Source of the DNA: Pseudoxanthobacter soli DSM 19599
GTDB taxonomy: Bacteria; Pseudomonadota; Alphaproteobacteria; Rhizobiales; Segnochrobactraceae
Direction: 5' to 3'
DNA length: 45,146 nt
NCBI GenBank assembly: GCA_943372725.1
Contig: CALRZT010000001.1
Coordinates: forward strand, 1 to 45,146
In this document: positions 9,471 to 18,962 of the stretch, piece by piece
How the letters are laid out: the number at the start of each line of letters is the position of its first letter
How positions within the stretch are numbered: position 1 is the first letter of the stretch
The notes under the pieces: generated by a model
What the model saw: only the letters and a program-made list of their open reading frames with translations
Database searches by the model: none
What the model was told of the DNA's origin: nothing
Program-made: the position numbers and the translations under genes

Positions 9471-10502
9471 ATGCGCCTGCCCGCGGGCCATCCGCCGGTG
9501 CGCACCGGCGGCATCGGCGTGCTGATCGTCAATCTCGGCTCGCCGGACGGCACCGACTACTGGTCGATGCGGCGCTACCTGAAGGAATTCCTCTCCGACC
9601 GACGGGTGATCGAGGCGCCGCGGCTGCTCTGGTGGCCGCTGCTCAATCTCGTCATCCTGTCGCGCCGGCCCCAGCGCTCCGGCGCCGCCTATGCCTCGAT
9701 CTGGGACAAGGAGCGCAACGAGGCGCCGCTGAAGACGATCACGCGCTCGCAGTCCGACAAGCTCGGCGAGCTGCTCGCGACGATGGAGCCGCGTCCGATC
9801 GTCGATTGGGCGATGCGCTACGGCTCGCCGCCGATCGGCGAGCGGCTGCAGGCGCTGCAGGACGCCGGCTGCGACCGCATCCTGGTGGTGCCGCTCTATC
9901 CGCAGTACGCGGCGGCGACGACCGCGACCGTCAACGACATGGCCTTCAAGCAGCTCGCCAAGATGCGCTGGCAGCCGGCGGTGCGCACGGCGCCGCCCTG
10001 GCACGACGACCCGGTCTATATCGATGCGCTCGCCCGCTCGCTGGAGGGCCATCTCGCCAGCCTCGACTTCGAGCCGGAGGTGGTGCTCGCCTCCTTCCAC
10101 GGCGTGCCGAAGGAATATCTGGAAAAGGGCGACCCCTATCACTGCCAGTGCCACAAGACGGCGCGGCTGCTGCGCGAGCGGCTCGGCTGGCCGGCGGAGC
10201 GGCTCCGGATCACCTTCCAGTCGCGCTTCGGCCGTGCCGAATGGCTGAAGCCCTACACCGACGAGACGGTGATGGCGCTCGCCCGCGAGGGCGTGAAGCG
10301 GCTCGCCGTTGTGATGCCGGGCTTCGTCGCCGACTGCCTCGAGACGCTCGAAGAGATCGCCGAGGAGAACGGTCACTACTTCAAGGAAAACGGCGGCGAG
10401 CAGTTCGCGGCGATCCCCTGCCTGAACGATTCGCCCGAGGGGATGGACGTGATCGCCCACGTGGTGCGCCGCGAGCTGTCGGGCTGGGCCGTACAGGCCT
10501 GA
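9471..10502 (+). CDS. hemH: ferrochelatase
   Basis: GVLIVNLGSPD, YLKEFLSDRRVIE, WAMRYG.P, PLYPQY, SFHGVP, FQSRFG..EWL.PYT, DCLETLEEI; start uncertain (TTG 9384 possible). Confidence 0.95.
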   Translation: MRLPAGHPPVRTGGIGVLIVNLGSPDGTDYWSMRRYLKEFLSDRRVIEAPRLLWWPLLNLVILSRRPQRSGAAYASIWDKERNEAPLKTITRSQSDKLGELLATMEPRPIVDWAMRYGSPPIGERLQALQDAGCDRILVVPLYPQYAAATTATVNDMAFKQLAKMRWQPAVRTAPPWHDDPVYIDALARSLEGHLASLDFEPEVVLASFHGVPKEYLEKGDPYHCQCHKTARLLRERLGWPAERLRITFQSRFGRAEWLKPYTDETVMALAREGVKRLAVVMPGFVADCLETLEEIAEENGHYFKENGGEQFAAIPCLNDSPEGMDVIAHVVRRELSGWAVQA

Positions 10503-10588
10503 TGCGCGCGTGATCCGATCGCACCCTTGACCGTGACGGCGCGCGGGCCTTTGGTCGCCGGGCCTCTGCGGCCATCGGGAGCCCGTCC

Positions 10589-11602
10589 ATGAACGTCTCG
10601 CTCAGTGCCTTCGACGTCGTGCTGATCGCCCTCGTCGTGCTCGTCGTGATGATCGTCTTCGCCGGCGTGAAGACGGTGCCGCAGAGCTACAACTGGACCA
10701 TCGAGCGCTTCGGCAAGTACACGCGCTCGCTCCGCCCCGGCCTCAACCTGATCGTGCCGTTCATCGACCGCGTCGGCGTCAAGATGAGCATGAAGGAGCA
10801 GGTGCTCGACGTGCCCGAGCAGGAGGTGATCACCCGCGATAACGCCACGGTGACGGCGGACGGCATCACCTTCTACCAGGTCGTCGACGCGGCGCGGGCG
10901 GCCTACGAGGTGAGCGGGCTCGAGAACGCCATCCTCAACCTGACGATGACGAACATCCGGACGGTGATGGGCTCGATGGACCTCGACGAGCTTCTCTCCA
11001 ACCGCGACGAGATCAACCATCGCCTGCTGCGCGTCGTCGATGCCGCGGCAGAGCCGTGGGGCGTCAAGATCACCCGCATCGAGATCAAGAACATCAATCC
11101 GCCGCGCAACCTGGTCGACTCGATGGCGCGCCAGATGATGGCCGAGCGCGAGAAGCGGGCGGCGATCCTAGAGGCCGAGGGCGCCCGGCAGGCGCAGATC
11201 CTCAAGGCCGAGGGCCTGAAGCAGTCGCAGATCCTCGAGGCCGAGGGGCGGCGCGAGGCGGCCTTCCGCGACGCCGAGGCGCGCGAGCGCTCCGCCGAGG
11301 CCGAGGCGAAGGCGACGGAGCTCGTCTCGTCGGCGATCGCCGCCGGCGACGTGCAGGCGATCAACTATTTCGTCGCGCAGAAGTATGTCGAGGCGCTCGG
11401 CCAGTTCGCGACGTCGCCGAACCAGAAGACGCTGATCCTGCCGATGGAGGCCACCGCCGTCCTGGGGGCGCTGTCGGGTATCGGCGAGATCGCCCGCGAG
11501 GCGTTCGGCGGTGAGGGCCCGGCGACGCCCCGGCAGTCGCGGCGCGGCGCCGTGCCGGCGGCGGGTGGCGCGATGCCGCCTCCGGGCGGCGGAGCCGCCT
11601 GA
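10589..11602 (+). CDS. SPFH/band 7 (stomatin-like, QmcA/YbbK family) membrane protein
   Basis: N-terminal TM helix, ERFGKY...PGLNLIVPFID, QEVITRDN, RQMMAEREKRA coiled coil. Confidence 0.92.
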   Translation: MNVSLSAFDVVLIALVVLVVMIVFAGVKTVPQSYNWTIERFGKYTRSLRPGLNLIVPFIDRVGVKMSMKEQVLDVPEQEVITRDNATVTADGITFYQVVDAARAAYEVSGLENAILNLTMTNIRTVMGSMDLDELLSNRDEINHRLLRVVDAAAEPWGVKITRIEIKNINPPRNLVDSMARQMMAEREKRAAILEAEGARQAQILKAEGLKQSQILEAEGRREAAFRDAEARERSAEAEAKATELVSSAIAAGDVQAINYFVAQKYVEALGQFATSPNQKTLILPMEATAVLGALSGIGEIAREAFGGEGPATPRQSRRGAVPAAGGAMPPPGGGAA

Positions 11603-11603
11603 G

Positions 11604-12089
11604 ATGGGCGAGGGCTCGCTGGTGACGACGATGATGGCGGCGCTGGGCGGCTGGGCCTGGATGCTGCTCGGGCTGGTGCTGCTCGGCCTCGAGGTGGTGG
11701 TGCCCGGCACCTTCATGCTGTGGTTCGCCATCGCGGCGATCCTCACAGGCGTGGTGGCGCTCGCCGCCGACGCCGCCGGATGGACCGCGCTCACCTGGCA
11801 GGCGGAAGCGGGCCTGTTCGTCGTGCTCGCGATCGTCGCCGTGATCGCCGGGCGGGCGTGGATGCAGCGCCGGCGGCAGGAGCCGTCCGACGCGAGCGGC
11901 CTCAACGAGCGCGCCGCCCGCCACATTGGCCGCCGCGCGCAATTGACCGAGGCCCTCGTCGACGGCCGCGGCCGCGTCAACCTCGACGACACGGTGTGGC
12001 TGGTGTCGGGGCCCGACTTGCCGGCCGGGACGACGGTGAAGATCACCGGCGCCGACGGCGTGCGGCTGATCGTCGAGCGGGCGGGGTAG
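11604..12089 (+). CDS. NfeD family protein (YbbJ-like)
   Basis: W..LG..LL..E...PG.F.LW; C-terminal OB fold GRGRV.LDDT.W.V.GPDLPAG; standard partner of the upstream SPFH gene. Confidence 0.9.
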   Translation: MGEGSLVTTMMAALGGWAWMLLGLVLLGLEVVVPGTFMLWFAIAAILTGVVALAADAAGWTALTWQAEAGLFVVLAIVAVIAGRAWMQRRRQEPSDASGLNERAARHIGRRAQLTEALVDGRGRVNLDDTVWLVSGPDLPAGTTVKITGADGVRLIVERAG

Positions 12090-12092
12090 GGG

Positions 12093-12476
12093 TCAGCGGA
12101 TCAGGCGGACCTCGACGCCGAAGTCGTGCCGCGTCCACGATCGGTCGCCCGTGTAGGCGGGAAGGCCGAGACGGCGGGCGACCGCCAGGCAGGCGACGTC
12201 GCCGAGGGAGAGGCCGGCGCGCCGGGCGGCCGGGATCATCTCGCCGGCTTCGATGCCCATGCCGCCGTCGAAGGCGACGACCTGGACCGCCGTCTGGCCG
12301 ATGGCACGCAGCGCCGCGTCCCGTGGCTGGCCGAATTCCAGCAGCTTTCCCAGCACCTCCGCCAGATTGACGGAGGTGACGACGGCGTCCCCGACGATCG
12401 CGGCGACCGCCTCCGCTCCCGGCTCACCCTGCAGCAGTGCGAGCAGGGCCGAGGCGTCGAGGACGCTACTCGCCAC
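12093..12476 (-). CDS. vapC: VapC family PIN-domain toxin
   Basis: VLDASALLA, SVNLAEV, GLSLGD.ACLA, YTGD; overlaps the upstream antitoxin stop. Confidence 0.9.
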   Translation of the reverse strand: MASSVLDASALLALLQGEPGAEAVAAIVGDAVVTSVNLAEVLGKLLEFGQPRDAALRAIGQTAVQVVAFDGGMGIEAGEMIPAARRAGLSLGDVACLAVARRLGLPAYTGDRSWTRHDFGVEVRLIR

Positions 12477-12957
12477 GTCCGGCGTCTTTCGCCACCTCCT
12501 GCCGCCGATCGGCGATCAGGTCATCCGCCAGCGAGCGGCCGGTGGGGACGAACTCCTTCACCGACGCCTGTGCGCGCCGGATCGCCTCCTGCAGCGGATA
12601 TAGGTGGAACTCCGAGCCGACCATTTCACCGACGAGCACCGAGCCCGGCTGTGCCCGCAACGCGGCGAGGGCATCGGTGGGGAGCCTGACGCAGCCGGCG
12701 GCATCCACCGTCAGGCGGAAGGGAGCGCCCGGTAGGACGGTCGTCTCGATCGGAGTGCGGCCGGCGGACGGTTCCGAGCCGTTTGTCGCCTGACGCTCCA
12801 GTGCGGCCTCGTCCGCGACCAGGACGTTGCGGACGTGCTGGTAGCGGATGCCGAGGGCCTTGGCGATATCGGCGCGGCTGTGGCCCGCCGCTGCCAGCTT
12901 GCGGATCTTGCTCGACTTCGTGCCGGGCTCCCGCACCACCTCGTCCAGCGACCTCAT
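12466..12957 (-). CDS. antitoxin with an N-terminal HTH-like domain and a C-terminal AbrB/MazE-like domain
   Basis: TKSSKIRKLAAAGHSRADIAKALGIRYQHVRNVL, then LTVDAAGCVRLP..AL.AL..PG; SLADDLIADRRQE tail; GGAGGG RBS before ATG 12957. Confidence 0.75.
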   Translation of the reverse strand: MRSLDEVVREPGTKSSKIRKLAAAGHSRADIAKALGIRYQHVRNVLVADEAALERQATNGSEPSAGRTPIETTVLPGAPFRLTVDAAGCVRLPTDALAALRAQPGSVLVGEMVGSEFHLYPLQEAIRRAQASVKEFVPTGRSLADDLIADRRQEVAKDAGRGE

Positions 12958-12987
12958 CGCGCCCTCCATCGCCATTGCGACGAGGGC

Positions 12988-13034
12988 ATCTTGGCGCCAG
13001 ATAGGTCACTAGTCAATTGGTAGTTAGGTAGGTA
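12988..13034 (-). promoter_or_regulatory. putative sigma70 promoter and operator repeats of the TA operon
   Basis: Minus strand TTGACT (13016-13011)-N17-CAAGAT (12993-12988), preceded by TACC/TAAC repeats in an AT-rich patch. Confidence 0.55.
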
Positions 13035-13111
13035 CTATTTGGTTGCGGGCGACTGACGCTCGCGGATGTAGAGCATGCAGAGGAGCCTGCGGGTGTTGGC
13101 GGTCCAGCCGG

Positions 13112-13408
13112 TCAATAGGACTGCACGACGGCCGCGGGTTCAATGCAGTCGAAGCAGAAGAATACGTAGATTAGGCCGCAATCCGCAAAGATGAAGTCAT
13201 CGTTCACCGAGTCGAACTGTCCGACGAACGACGTCTGACGTCGGCATTGTCTGCATGTCGGCCACTCATCCGCCTGGATAAAATCCGGCGTTCCACCAAG
13301 CTTGTGGCGTGTTCCGACATCGGCCGGAGCAAACTTGAAGCCTGGCAGGCTTGCCGCCTCTTCAGTCAGCGGCTGGGGGACAAGTCGAAACTCGGGGATG
13401 CGCTTCAT
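13112..13408 (-). CDS. small Cys-rich protein, YwqG/DUF1963-like C-terminal domain
   Basis: HKLGGTPDFIQ..WPTCRQC...FVGQ..S...FADCGLIYVFFCFDC; GGGAGG RBS; codon usage less GC-biased than its neighbours. Confidence 0.65.
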   Translation of the reverse strand: MKRIPEFRLVPQPLTEEAASLPGFKFAPADVGTRHKLGGTPDFIQADEWPTCRQCRRQTSFVGQFDSVNDDFIFADCGLIYVFFCFDCIEPAAVVQSY

Positions 13409-13493
13409 CGGACCCTCCCGATTTGGCGGGAATGGCCGCGGGACCGGCGTCCAACTGAGCGGCTCGCCCGGTGCGAGAAGACGCCGCCCGCCG

Positions 13494-14525
13494 CTACGCC
13501 ACCCCCGACCGCAGCAGGTCGTGGAAGTGGAGGATGCCGACCGGCTTGCCGGCCTCGACGACGAACAGCGCGGTAATGCCGGAGGTGTTGATGATCTCCA
13601 GCGCCGCGGCGACAAGCGTGTCGGGCTTCACCGTCTTCGGCCGGGCGTTCATCACGACCTCGACGGTCTGCGAGAGCAGGTCGCCGGTGAGGTGACGGCG
13701 CAGGTCGCCGTCGGTGATGATGCCGACGAGACGGCCTCGGGCGTCGACGACGCCGAGGCAGCCGAAGCCCTTCGAGGTCATCAGCACGATCGCCTCGCTC
13801 ATCCGCGTGCCGAGCGGCGCGAGCGGGATGGCGTCGCCGGCGTGCATCAGGTCGCGGGCGAACTGCAGGCTGGCGCCGAGGCGGCCGCCGGGGTGGAAGA
13901 TGCGGAAGTCGTGGGGCGTGAAGCCGCGCGCCTCGAGCAGCGCAATCGCCAGCGCGTCGCCGATGGCGAGCTGCAGCACGGTGGAGGAGGTGGGGGCGAG
14001 GCCGTGCGGGCAGGCCTCGTCGACCTTGGGAAGCTTCAGGACGTGGTCGGCGGCGCGGCCGAGCGTCGAGCCGCCCTTCGAGGTGACGGCGATCAGCGGC
14101 ACGCGGAAGCGCTTGGCGTAGGCGATGATCGGGGCGAGCTCCTTCGTCTCGCCCGACCACGACATCGCCAGCACGGCGTCGTTCTCGGTGATCATGCCGA
14201 GGTCGCCGTGGCTCGCCTCGGCGGCGTGGACGAAGAAGGCCGGCGTGCCGGTGGAGGCCAGCGTCGCGGCGAGCTTGCAGCCGATGTGGCCGCTCTTGCC
14301 GACGCCGGTGACGATGACGCGGCCGCGGATGCCGCGCAGAAGCCCGACAGTGTCGCAGAAGGCGTCGCCGAGGCCGTGCGAGAGCGCCGCACGCAGCGCC
14401 TTCATGGCGGTGATCTCGATCTCGACGGTGCGGCGGCCGGAGGCGAGCCAGTCGAGCGGCGACGGCGCGCCCTCCAGGATGGGCAGCGCGTCGGCCGCTT
14501 CAGCGGCAACAGTCCTGTCGTCCAT
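13494..14525 (-). CDS. kdsD: arabinose-5-phosphate isomerase (KpsF/GutQ family)
   Basis: GVGKSGHIG.KLAATLASTGTP, EASHGDLG, SWSGET, APTSST, FHPGG.LG, two C-terminal CBS domains. Confidence 0.92.
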   Translation of the reverse strand: MDDRTVAAEAADALPILEGAPSPLDWLASGRRTVEIEITAMKALRAALSHGLGDAFCDTVGLLRGIRGRVIVTGVGKSGHIGCKLAATLASTGTPAFFVHAAEASHGDLGMITENDAVLAMSWSGETKELAPIIAYAKRFRVPLIAVTSKGGSTLGRAADHVLKLPKVDEACPHGLAPTSSTVLQLAIGDALAIALLEARGFTPHDFRIFHPGGRLGASLQFARDLMHAGDAIPLAPLGTRMSEAIVLMTSKGFGCLGVVDARGRLVGIITDGDLRRHLTGDLLSQTVEVVMNARPKTVKPDTLVAAALEIINTSGITALFVVEAGKPVGILHFHDLLRSGVA

Positions 14526-14640
14526 GCGTCTCTCGCAACTCACCGTCGGCACTGTCCGACCCGACTCAATATCACGGATTCGTGTCGGAGGGCAGCGGCC
14601 CGGGGCCGCGCCCGACGGGGGGAGCCGCGTCGGGTCAGTC

Positions 14641-14659
14641 GAAACCACGCGTTAACCAT
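14641..14659 (+). promoter_or_regulatory. possible CtrA half-site (TTAACCAT) in the divergent kdsD/transglycosylase intergenic region
   Basis: gaaa-ccacgcg-TTAACCAT; only the strong half-site matches. Confidence 0.4.
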
Positions 14660-14732
14660 GGCAGACTAGCCTGTGGGGTCTCTGGGGGGAGGCTCGGCGA
14701 CGCGCCGGGAAGACACGAGAGGAGGCGCGCCG

Positions 14733-15983
14733 ATGCCGTCACGCACCCGATCAGACCACCGTTCCATCCGCTTTGCTGTGGCCGCGCTTGCCCTATGCGC
14801 AGCGCTGAGCTTCGCAGGCCCGACCGAGGCCCGCGCGGACGCCGCGTTCCAGAGTTTCGTCACCGGTTTCTGGCCGCAGGCGAAGAAGGCCGGCATCAGC
14901 CGTGCCACCTTCGACCGCGCCTTCGCCGGCATCACCGAGCGCGACCCGGAGGTGCTGGAGAAGGCGAACTACCAGCCGGAATTCGTCAAGACGATCGGCG
15001 AGTACCTCGCCACCGCCGTCTCCGACGCGCGCGTCGAGACCGGCAAGGAGATGTTGGTCGCCTGGAAGCCGTGGCTCGACAAGATCGAGGCCCGCTCGGG
15101 CGTGCCGCGGCAGATCCTGGTGGCGATCTGGGGGATGGAATCCAACTACGGCAAGGTGCTCGACAACCCCGCCGTGGTGAAGAGCGTCATCCGCTCGCTG
15201 GCGACGCTCGCCTGCTGCGACCCGAAGCGCGGCAAGTTCGGCCGCTCGCAGCTGATCGCCGCGATGAAGATCCTGCAGCGCGGCGACGTGCCGTCCGCGC
15301 GCTTCACCGGCTCGTGGGCGGGTGCGATGGGCCACACCCAGTTCATCCCGACGAGCTACCTCGCCTTCTCGGCCGACGCAGACGGCGACGGCAAGGTGGA
15401 CATCTGGACCAACATCCCCGACGCCCTCGCCACCGCGGCGAACCTGCTCGCCAAAAACAAGTGGCGGACGGGCGAGACCTGGGGCTACGAGGTCGTGCTG
15501 CCGCAGGGCTTCAACTACGCCCGCGTCGACGAGAAGGCCGGGCGCACCCTCGCCGACTGGCAGAAGATGGGCGTGAAGCGGGCGACCGGCGCTGGTTTCC
15601 CGCGCCCAGACGACAAGGCGAAGCTGATCCTGCCGGCCGGCGCGCGCGGGCCGGCCTTCCTGATCCTGCCGAACTTCAACGTCATCAAGCGCTACAACAA
15701 CGCCACCTCCTATGCGCTCGGCGTCGGCATCCTGTCGGACCGCATCCTCGGCGCCCCGCCGATCGCCGCGACCTGGCCGGCCGACATGCGCCCGCTCTCC
15801 GGGGCGCAGATGGAGGAACTGCAGCGGCTGCTCGCCCAGAAGGGCTACGACCCCGGTGACATCGACGGCAAGGCGGGGCCGGGCACGCGCGAGGCGATCC
15901 GCGCCTACCAGTCCGACAAGGGCCTGCCGGCCGACGGTAACCCGTCGACGGCGATCCTCGACTTCCTGAAGAAGGGCGGATGA
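14733..15983 (+). CDS. lytic murein transglycosylase (MltB/SLT_2 family) with a C-terminal peptidoglycan-binding domain
   Basis: Signal peptide; AIWGMESNYG, GSWAGAMGHTQFIPTSY, DADGDGKVD EF-hand, NFNVIKRYNNA..YAL, DG..GP.TR.AI.AYQ. Confidence 0.92.
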   Translation: MPSRTRSDHRSIRFAVAALALCAALSFAGPTEARADAAFQSFVTGFWPQAKKAGISRATFDRAFAGITERDPEVLEKANYQPEFVKTIGEYLATAVSDARVETGKEMLVAWKPWLDKIEARSGVPRQILVAIWGMESNYGKVLDNPAVVKSVIRSLATLACCDPKRGKFGRSQLIAAMKILQRGDVPSARFTGSWAGAMGHTQFIPTSYLAFSADADGDGKVDIWTNIPDALATAANLLAKNKWRTGETWGYEVVLPQGFNYARVDEKAGRTLADWQKMGVKRATGAGFPRPDDKAKLILPAGARGPAFLILPNFNVIKRYNNATSYALGVGILSDRILGAPPIAATWPADMRPLSGAQMEELQRLLAQKGYDPGDIDGKAGPGTREAIRAYQSDKGLPADGNPSTAILDFLKKGG

Positions 15984-16008
15984 GCGGCGGGCCGCCGCGG
16001 CGGCAACA

Positions 16009-16647
16009 ATGACCGCCCGGCTCGACCACCTCGTCGTCGCGGCCCGTGACCTCGCCTCGGGCACCGCCTGGCTCGAGGCGCGGCTCGGCGTGCCGCTTTC
16101 GCCGGGCGGCGCGCACCCGCGCATGGGCACGCACAACCGCGTGCTCCGGCTCGGCGACGGCGTCTATCTGGAGGTCATCGCCATCGATCCCGACGCGCCG
16201 CCGCCGGGGCGGCCGCGCTGGTTCGGCCTCGACGAGCCGGCGCTCGCCGCGCGCCTCGCCGAGCGGCCGCGGCTCGTCGCCTTTGCGGCGAACACCGACG
16301 ACCTCGACGCGGCGACGGCGGCCTCGCCATTCCCGCACGGACCGATCCACGAGATGACCCGCGGCGACCTCGTCTGGCGCATCACCATCCCCGACGACGG
16401 CCGCGTGGTGGAAGGCGGCGCCGTGCCGACGCTGATCGAATGGCCGCTGGGTGTTCACCCGACGAACCGGATGCCGGCGTCCGGGTGCTCGCTGGAGCGG
16501 CTGACGATCCACCACCCGGACCCGGATCGCATCGTGGCGGCGTTCTCCGCGATCGGCCTGGACGAAGCGGCTCTGGACGTCGTTGCCGGTGGCCCGTCGC
16601 TCGCCGCCTCCCTCGTCACACCGGCCGGGCCCGTCATCGTTGATTGA
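16009..16647 (+). CDS. VOC/glyoxalase-like family protein
   Basis: LDHLVVAA.DL..G, GG.HPRMGTHN..L.LG...YLEVIAIDP, PTLIEW. Confidence 0.85.
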   Translation: MTARLDHLVVAARDLASGTAWLEARLGVPLSPGGAHPRMGTHNRVLRLGDGVYLEVIAIDPDAPPPGRPRWFGLDEPALAARLAERPRLVAFAANTDDLDAATAASPFPHGPIHEMTRGDLVWRITIPDDGRVVEGGAVPTLIEWPLGVHPTNRMPASGCSLERLTIHHPDPDRIVAAFSAIGLDEAALDVVAGGPSLAASLVTPAGPVIVD

Positions 16648-16689
16648 TCGCGGCCGTCGTGCGCGGCGTCCGCGGAGCGGCGCCGAGGC

Positions 16690-18921
16690 CTACTTCGTCA
16701 ACAGGTCATGGCTGCCGTCCCAGCCCTCCGGCAACGGCTGGCCGATCCGCTCGGCGATGCGCTCGCGGTAGATCGCGGCGACGCCGGCGAGGCGGCCGTC
16801 CGTCATCGCCTCGGCTTCGTCGAGCCGGTCCGAGGCGGCCGCGAAGTCGCCGCTCGCGTAGGCGGAGAGCATCGCGTCAGTCGCCGCGCGCAGCGCCCCG
16901 AAGGCCGGGTCGGCCAATGTCGCGCCATCGCCCCACAGCGCGTACAGCCGGACCGCCGTCGTCTTGCCCTTCACCCGCACGCGGTCGACCTCGAGGAAGG
17001 CGTGGCGGCGGGTGGCCGTGGCGACGGTCTCGCCGACCAGCACCGGCACGCCGTAGGCCTTCGTCTGGCCCTCGAGGCGAGAGGCGACGTTCACGCAGTC
17101 GCCGATCACCGAATAGTCGAAGCGCCGCTCCGAGCCGAGGTTGCCGACGCAGCAGTCGCCGCCGTTGAGGCCGATGCCGATGGCGACGTCGCGGTTCGGC
17201 CCCGGCACGCGCCCGGCGCGACGGTCATCGTTGAACTGCTCGATGGCGACGAGCATGGCGAGCGCGGAATCGCAGGCGTGCGCGGCATGGTCGGGGTCGT
17301 CGAGAGGGGCGTTCCAGAACGCCATGATGGCGTCGCCCATGTACTTGTCGATGGTGCCGCGGCGCTCGAGGATGACGTCGGTGAGCGGCGTCAGGAAGGC
17401 GTTCATGAAGCGCGTCAGGGTGTGCGCGTCCATGCCCTCCGAGATCGTCGTGAACGAGCGCATGTCGCAGAACAGGATGGTCATCGGGCGGATTTCGCCG
17501 CCGAGCTTCAGCCGCTCCGGATTGCGCGACAGTTCCTCGACGAAGGCCGGGGCGAGATAGCGGCCGAAGGCGTTGCGGATGCGCCGGCGCTCGACCTCCT
17601 CCCGGAGCGACACGAGGCCGATCGAGGCGGCGAGCGCGATGCCGGCGCCGAGCACCGGAAACGAGGCGTCGACCAGCATCTGCGAGCGGGTGAAGCCGAG
17701 CCAGCTTGTGGCGGCGAGCGAAGCGAGCACGGCGAGGCCGGTCGCGAGCGCCATGCGCACGGAGGCGAGCAGGGCTGCCGCCAGCGCCACGATCAGCGTG
17801 GCGGCGACGAAGGCGACGAGCTCGGCGCCCGCCGCCCAGTCGGGCCGCGTCAGGGCACCGCCGGCGATCATCTGCTCGATCGCCTGGGCGTGCACCTCGA
17901 CGCCGGGCACGGCGGATTCGAGCGGCGTCGCGCGCAGGTCGAACAGGCCGGGCGCGCTGGTGCCGATCAGCACGATGCGACCCTCGAGCAGGCCGGGTGC
18001 CATGGTGCCGTCGAGCACCTGCCAGGCCGGCACGTAGCGCTCCGCCGTCGAGGGCGTGAAGTGGATGCGCATCTCGCCGTTCGATTCCGTCGGCACGGTG
18101 ATGTCGCCGATGCGCACGGCATTGAGGCCGGTGAAGGCGCCCCAGGCGGTCTCGCCCGAAGCGTTGGAGGCGCGCAGCAGCATCGTCGAGGCGCCCTGGG
18201 CGACCCGCAGCGCCTCCGCCGACAGGCTAGGGAAGAAGCCGTCGCCGACGACGAAGACGAGCGGCACGGTGCGCACCACCTGGTCGATGTCGGGCAGCCA
18301 GTTGGTCGAGCCGAGACCGTGCGAGGCTTCGAGCAGGATCGGCAGCGGCGCCACCACGGCCGAGAAGTCCGGCAGGGCCGGGCGGGGATCGTCGCCGGAG
18401 ACGGCGAAGCCCGATTTCGCCGGCACCGCCGGACCATCGCCGTGGACGAGGATCGCGCCGGTGACGGAGTTGGAGGCGGCGAGCGCCGTCGCGAGCACGG
18501 TGTCGTTGGGCTCGCCGAGCTCGATGGCGCGCTCGAGCGCCCGCCGGGCCGGCGTGTCGGGCAGGGAGGCGATGATCTGCTCCGGCGAGGAACGATCGGG
18601 CTCGGCCAGCACGAGGTCGATCGCGATCGCCGCCGCCCCCGCCGCCGCGGTCGCCTCGATCAGGGCCGCCAGCCGGTCGCGCGGCCACGGCCACTGGCCA
18701 TAGCGGGCGAGCGAGGCGTCGTCGATGTCGACGATGCGCACGGGCAACTCGGCGTCGTAGGCGCGCGGGCGCAGGCGTTGGAACTGGTCGAAGACGAGGT
18801 TGCGCAGGCCGATCAGCGGCACCGGGTCGGCGAGGCGCAGCACGGTGCCGCCGGCGGCGATGAGGCCGGCCGTCAGCGCCACGGCGACGGCGGTGCGCAG
18901 GCGGATCGTATGGCGAAGCAC
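16690..18921 (-). CDS. CHASE2-domain class III adenylate cyclase
   Basis: IVDIDD.SL..YGQWPWPR (CHASE2), PGVEVHAQ, three TM helices, LFCDMRSFT, IDKYMGD, DYSVIGD.VNVASRLE with the ATP-specifying Lys intact. Confidence 0.93.
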   Translation of the reverse strand: MLRHTIRLRTAVAVALTAGLIAAGGTVLRLADPVPLIGLRNLVFDQFQRLRPRAYDAELPVRIVDIDDASLARYGQWPWPRDRLAALIEATAAAGAAAIAIDLVLAEPDRSSPEQIIASLPDTPARRALERAIELGEPNDTVLATALAASNSVTGAILVHGDGPAVPAKSGFAVSGDDPRPALPDFSAVVAPLPILLEASHGLGSTNWLPDIDQVVRTVPLVFVVGDGFFPSLSAEALRVAQGASTMLLRASNASGETAWGAFTGLNAVRIGDITVPTESNGEMRIHFTPSTAERYVPAWQVLDGTMAPGLLEGRIVLIGTSAPGLFDLRATPLESAVPGVEVHAQAIEQMIAGGALTRPDWAAGAELVAFVAATLIVALAAALLASVRMALATGLAVLASLAATSWLGFTRSQMLVDASFPVLGAGIALAASIGLVSLREEVERRRIRNAFGRYLAPAFVEELSRNPERLKLGGEIRPMTILFCDMRSFTTISEGMDAHTLTRFMNAFLTPLTDVILERRGTIDKYMGDAIMAFWNAPLDDPDHAAHACDSALAMLVAIEQFNDDRRAGRVPGPNRDVAIGIGLNGGDCCVGNLGSERRFDYSVIGDCVNVASRLEGQTKAYGVPVLVGETVATATRRHAFLEVDRVRVKGKTTAVRLYALWGDGATLADPAFGALRAATDAMLSAYASGDFAAASDRLDEAEAMTDGRLAGVAAIYRERIAERIGQPLPEGWDGSHDLLTK

Positions 18922-18962
18922 CGCGGCGGACCCCGGGGACTCTCGCGCCGGCTCTCAGGCTC

